Source: Hypanus sabinus
Taxonomy: Eukaryota
Assembly: GCF_030144855.1 (NCBI RefSeq)
Contig: NC_082729.1
Span: 35,340,001 to 35,404,000, forward strand
Reading direction: 5' to 3'
DNA: 64,000 bases
Below, in pieces: positions 60,265 through 64,000 of the stretch (within the stretch, counting starts at the first letter, position 1; each line of letters opens with the position of its first letter). Both the position numbers and the translations under genes were made by a program. The notes under the pieces are model-generated. The model did not search any database. It was given only the letters and a program-made list of their open reading frames with translations, and was not told the origin of the DNA.

Positions 60265-63200
60265 CTGTGGGAGAAACAAGAGGTCAGGTAGATGACAACA
60301 AACCTGAAAAGTAAAATCAAAGTAGTTCCAGCAGAAAAACAGGCCTTGCCACCCCATCGTGTCTTTGACTGTCCTCTGCAGGACAACTCCACCCCATCTC
60401 CCCACAGCAAATTTTTCTAACACATCCTCATCCAATTCGCCCTCGAAAGCCACAGTGGTGCGCATCTCCACCGCACCTGCTGACAGTGCCTTCGGGATTC
60501 TGACCGCACTGCGTGGAAAAATTTCTCCTAAATTCTCTTCTCCTTATGTTGTGCTCCTGAACTTTGACCCCACTGACAATGGGGAAAGCCCTCCTATTTT
60601 GCAGTCTGTCTGGGTATCTCTTGTTTTGTTCACTCCTGTAAGTGCCTGTAATGTGCTGCACTGTTCCATATTCAGTACATCAACCAAAAATGTCTATTTC
60701 TTTCATCTAAATTATTACTTTTTTAAAACTTTCCTACCTTTAGCACTAAAAATACAAACCTCTTTGCTACACTGGAGTGGCACAGTGGCATAATGGTCAG
60801 CGTAATGCCACTACAGCACCAGCGGCCCGGGTTCAATTCCTGCCAGTGTTTGGAAGAAGTTTGTACCGTCTCCCCATGACGGATGGTTTCCTCCAGGTGC
60901 TCAGGCCTCCTCTCACAACACAAACTGATACAGGTTAGTAAGTTAATTGGTCACTTGGTGCATTTGGGCAGCACGGGCCTTGTACCATGTTGTATCTCTA
61001 AATGTAAAAAAAAAGACGTACATTGATAGAGTCGTAGATTTATATCGCATTGAAACAGGTCCTTTGGCCCAACTCATCCAAGCCAACCAATTGCTTATGT
61101 AAGCTCGTCCCACTCTTCCTGTGTTTGGCCAGGCGATCCAAACCTTTCCTGTCCGTGCATTTTAGACATTGCGAATGTACCCACCTCTACACCTCATTGA
61201 GTCTGTGTCACCACCCCATCATGGCTGATCTATTATCCCATTCTCCTGCCTTTTCCCCATAACCTTTGATGCCCTGATTAATCAAGGACCCATCAACCTC
61301 CATTTTAAAAATACCCCATGGCATTCTCCACTACCATCGGTGGAAATGAATTCCACACATTCACAACCCCTTGGCTAAAGAAATTTCTTCTCATCTCTGT
61401 TCTAAAGGGACTTCCTTCTATTCTAAGGCTAGGCCCTCGTGTCCTAGACTTCCTCATTACAGGAAACATCCTCTCCACATCCACTCTATCCACACCTTTC
61501 AATATTCAGTAGGTTTCAGGGGAAAAACCTGTGACAATTTCTGTTTCTTCCAGTATTTGTCTTGATTTAGCCTGACATCGTCATAATTTTCCTTACACAA
61601 TGTGAACCTCATAAAGGTGTAACACACATAAAATTCTGGAGGAACTCAGCAGGTCAGACAGCATCTGTGGAGGAGATTAAGTGGTCGATGTTTCAGGTCG
61701 GGACCCTTCATCAGGACTGGAGAGGAAGGGGAAGAGGCCAGAATCAAGTGGGGGAGGAGGGGGAGGAGTGCAAGCTGGCATGTGAGACAAGGTGAGGTGG
61801 AAGGTGGTTGGCGGGGGGGGGGGGGGGAAATGGAGAATGAAATGAGAAGCTAGAGGGTGACAGGTGGAAGAGGTAAAGGACCGAAGAAGGAATCTGATAG
61901 GAGAGGAGCGAGGACCATGGGAGAAAGGGAAGGAGATAGAGATGAGGGGCAGGTGAGGAGAAGGGAAGAGGAAAGAGAGGAGCCAGAATGGGGAATGGAG
62001 AAAGAGAGAGGGAGCAATTACCAGAATAAGAAGGTGGGGAAGCAGGTGATGGGTGAGACCAGGTCAGAGGGATGGTTGGTGGGCAGAGGAAGGGGGATGA
62101 AGTAAGAAGCTCGGCGGGGAGAGATAAGGGGTTGAGGGAGGAAAGGAGAGTGGACCATGGGAGAAAGGGAAGGAGGAGGGACACCAGATGATGGGTGAAT
62201 TGGGTGAATGAGGAAAAGAGAAGGTTAATAGACCCAGAAAAAGAGAGAAGTGGGGGGGGGGGGGAACTGATGTTGATGTCACCAGTCTGGAGCCTACACA
62301 GATGAAATACAAGTTGATGCTCCCCCACCCTACGTGTGGCCTAGAGGCGGCCATGGTCCAACATGTTCAAAGTTAATTTGTTATCAGAGTACTTATTTGC
62401 CACCATGTATTGCTGCTTATTTGTGGTTGCACTCCTTATAAATGTGTTCAATGCTGGGGAGGGCTTATCCTGCGATGGACTGGGCTAAAGGGAGGCCCTC
62501 ATTTGTTTGGGATCGACCATTGACTTTGTGTCCTAGATGGATAAGCCAGGGCAGTATGATATGGAGAGCCGTGCAGCAGGCTCTCTTCCCCCCTCATGCA
62601 GCTGATTAATCCAAAGGAACAGTAGAGACCGAGATGTTCTGGCACCAGTGGTATCACAGGAGTTGCAGTCAGCACTGAACTCAACGTAGGACTGCCGTGG
62701 TGATCTTTCCTCGGGAGTTTACTCGCAAAGCCTTCCTTCCCAGTGAGTGGGTACAGCAGCTGTTTAAGATCAGAGTTTTCCTCCTCCTCGGAGAGCTGCC
62801 AACTGCGGCGGACAAGCCTAGAGCAACCAGTGTTCAGGCTCTAGCAACCCGCCTTTGCCCCTTCTCCAGTGGAAATAGTTCCACCGGGCTTAGTAGCTAA
62901 GCCACACAGGAAGGCCAGGAGCTGGAGCTGAATGTCAGAGGCTACTTGAGACACATGCCACTGGGAGCATTTCAAGTTCGAGTTGAATTGTCATTCAACC
63001 ATACATGAATACAGACAAACAAAACAGTGTTCCTCTAGATCCAGGGTGCAAAACCGAGCACCGACAGTCATATGCAGCCCAAAGCAATATAACACATATA
63101 CAGTACTGTGCAAAAGTTTCAGGTACATGGGTGATTCCTTAATTAGAGTTACTTTTCTGTCCCTGGGGTAGATTTTCAAGAAAAAGATAGTTTTTAAAAA

Positions 63201-64000
63201 AAACGAGTGCTGTGGTTTTAAAAGTTAGATGATAGTAATTTTAACCTTTTTCAGTATGCTTCATAAACAATATTTTCTTAATTTTTAAGCAAGTTAAAAT
63301 CTTGAATGTGTCAGAACTTCACTATTTTGGACAGGTCCCCTACCAGACTTTTCAACCTTGTCTTCAAAATAAAGTAATAATAGGTATTAAACTCTTGAAA
63401 CTTTTAGTTTGTATTTTCTCACCAGAACTTTTAAAACAGATGTCAAATTCATGTGGGTTATTCTTTTATACAATTTGTACATTTTTTCTGACAAAGGACA
63501 ACTGTCCCCAACACTTCTGTCATTACCAACACGCAACACATTTTAGAAACCAGTCAAGTTTTTTCAAACAAATGCTTGTGTGGTTGTCATGAAAATGAGA
63601 AGTGACTGTCAAGGCGGAAGACAGACATTTTGATGTTCAGAAATGTGAGTAATTTAAAGATTTATACCTCCTGATCTGAGAGTACTTTTATTATGTGTCA
63701 TTACCAAGCAAATTACTATTTGAGTGTTTTAACTGAAAAATAAAAGACTTCATTTATTTCTGTACACTTACATTACATTTACATGCTATCTATCCAGTCA
63801 AGTTAGCAAGTGCAAGACTTGGTCAACTTTTTCTTTAGAAAGTGAGAATCATCATTACCACCACACAGCTGGCGGTGAAGTTTTCAAGATAGCCTCAAAA
63901 TCATCAGCAGTCCAATCAAAAAATAATACAAGAGACAATTAAAGATCCAGTGACATATCAGCAGTACCTTGAAAGAGAAGCAGACAGATACAAAAAAAAG

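Noticed and set aside
60359-60793. 144-aa Ser/Thr-rich plus-strand ORF
   Set aside because: No recognisable homology and no frame-compatible neighbouring exons; the better-supported exons here are on the minus strand.
63838-64000. Plus-strand YQQYLEREADRYKK resembling a class I alpha2 / WB beta1 helix
   Set aside because: The frames from the nearby acceptor hit stops, there is no conserved Cys, and it is too short to support.

Overview
Repeat-rich vertebrate DNA, most likely from a cartilaginous fish (probably a ray, inferred from the CR1, Penelope and V-SINE content). The main content is two intact four-exon genes in tandem on the minus strand (2788-11463 and 24682-35245). Each encodes a 264-aa MHC W-category alpha chain (WA): signal peptide, alpha1, a beta2-microglobulin-like Ig C1 alpha2 domain (LSFGKDWRF), and a class II alpha-type transmembrane segment (C-GxxxGxxGxxxG). 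They lie in a ~20 kb tandem duplication (about 2498-23337 versus 24364-42928) joined by a 1 kb L1 3' fragment. By manual comparison the signal peptides are identical and alpha2 differs at 3 of 94 residues, but alpha1 differs at 43 of 88, with a charge reversal in the predicted groove helix. The copies also differ in promoter, 3' end, TE insertions and minisatellite expansions. No WB (beta chain) ectodomain exon was found. Three frame-compatible phase-1 exons at 57.3-60.3 kb (minus) look like the cytoplasmic tail of another membrane-protein gene that runs out of the window. The rest is CR1, L1, Rex1, Penelope-like (some with minimal hammerhead ribozymes), Gypsy/LTR, hAT, pogo, Tc1 and SINE relics plus tandem repeats. 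All counts are by eye; no database search was run.
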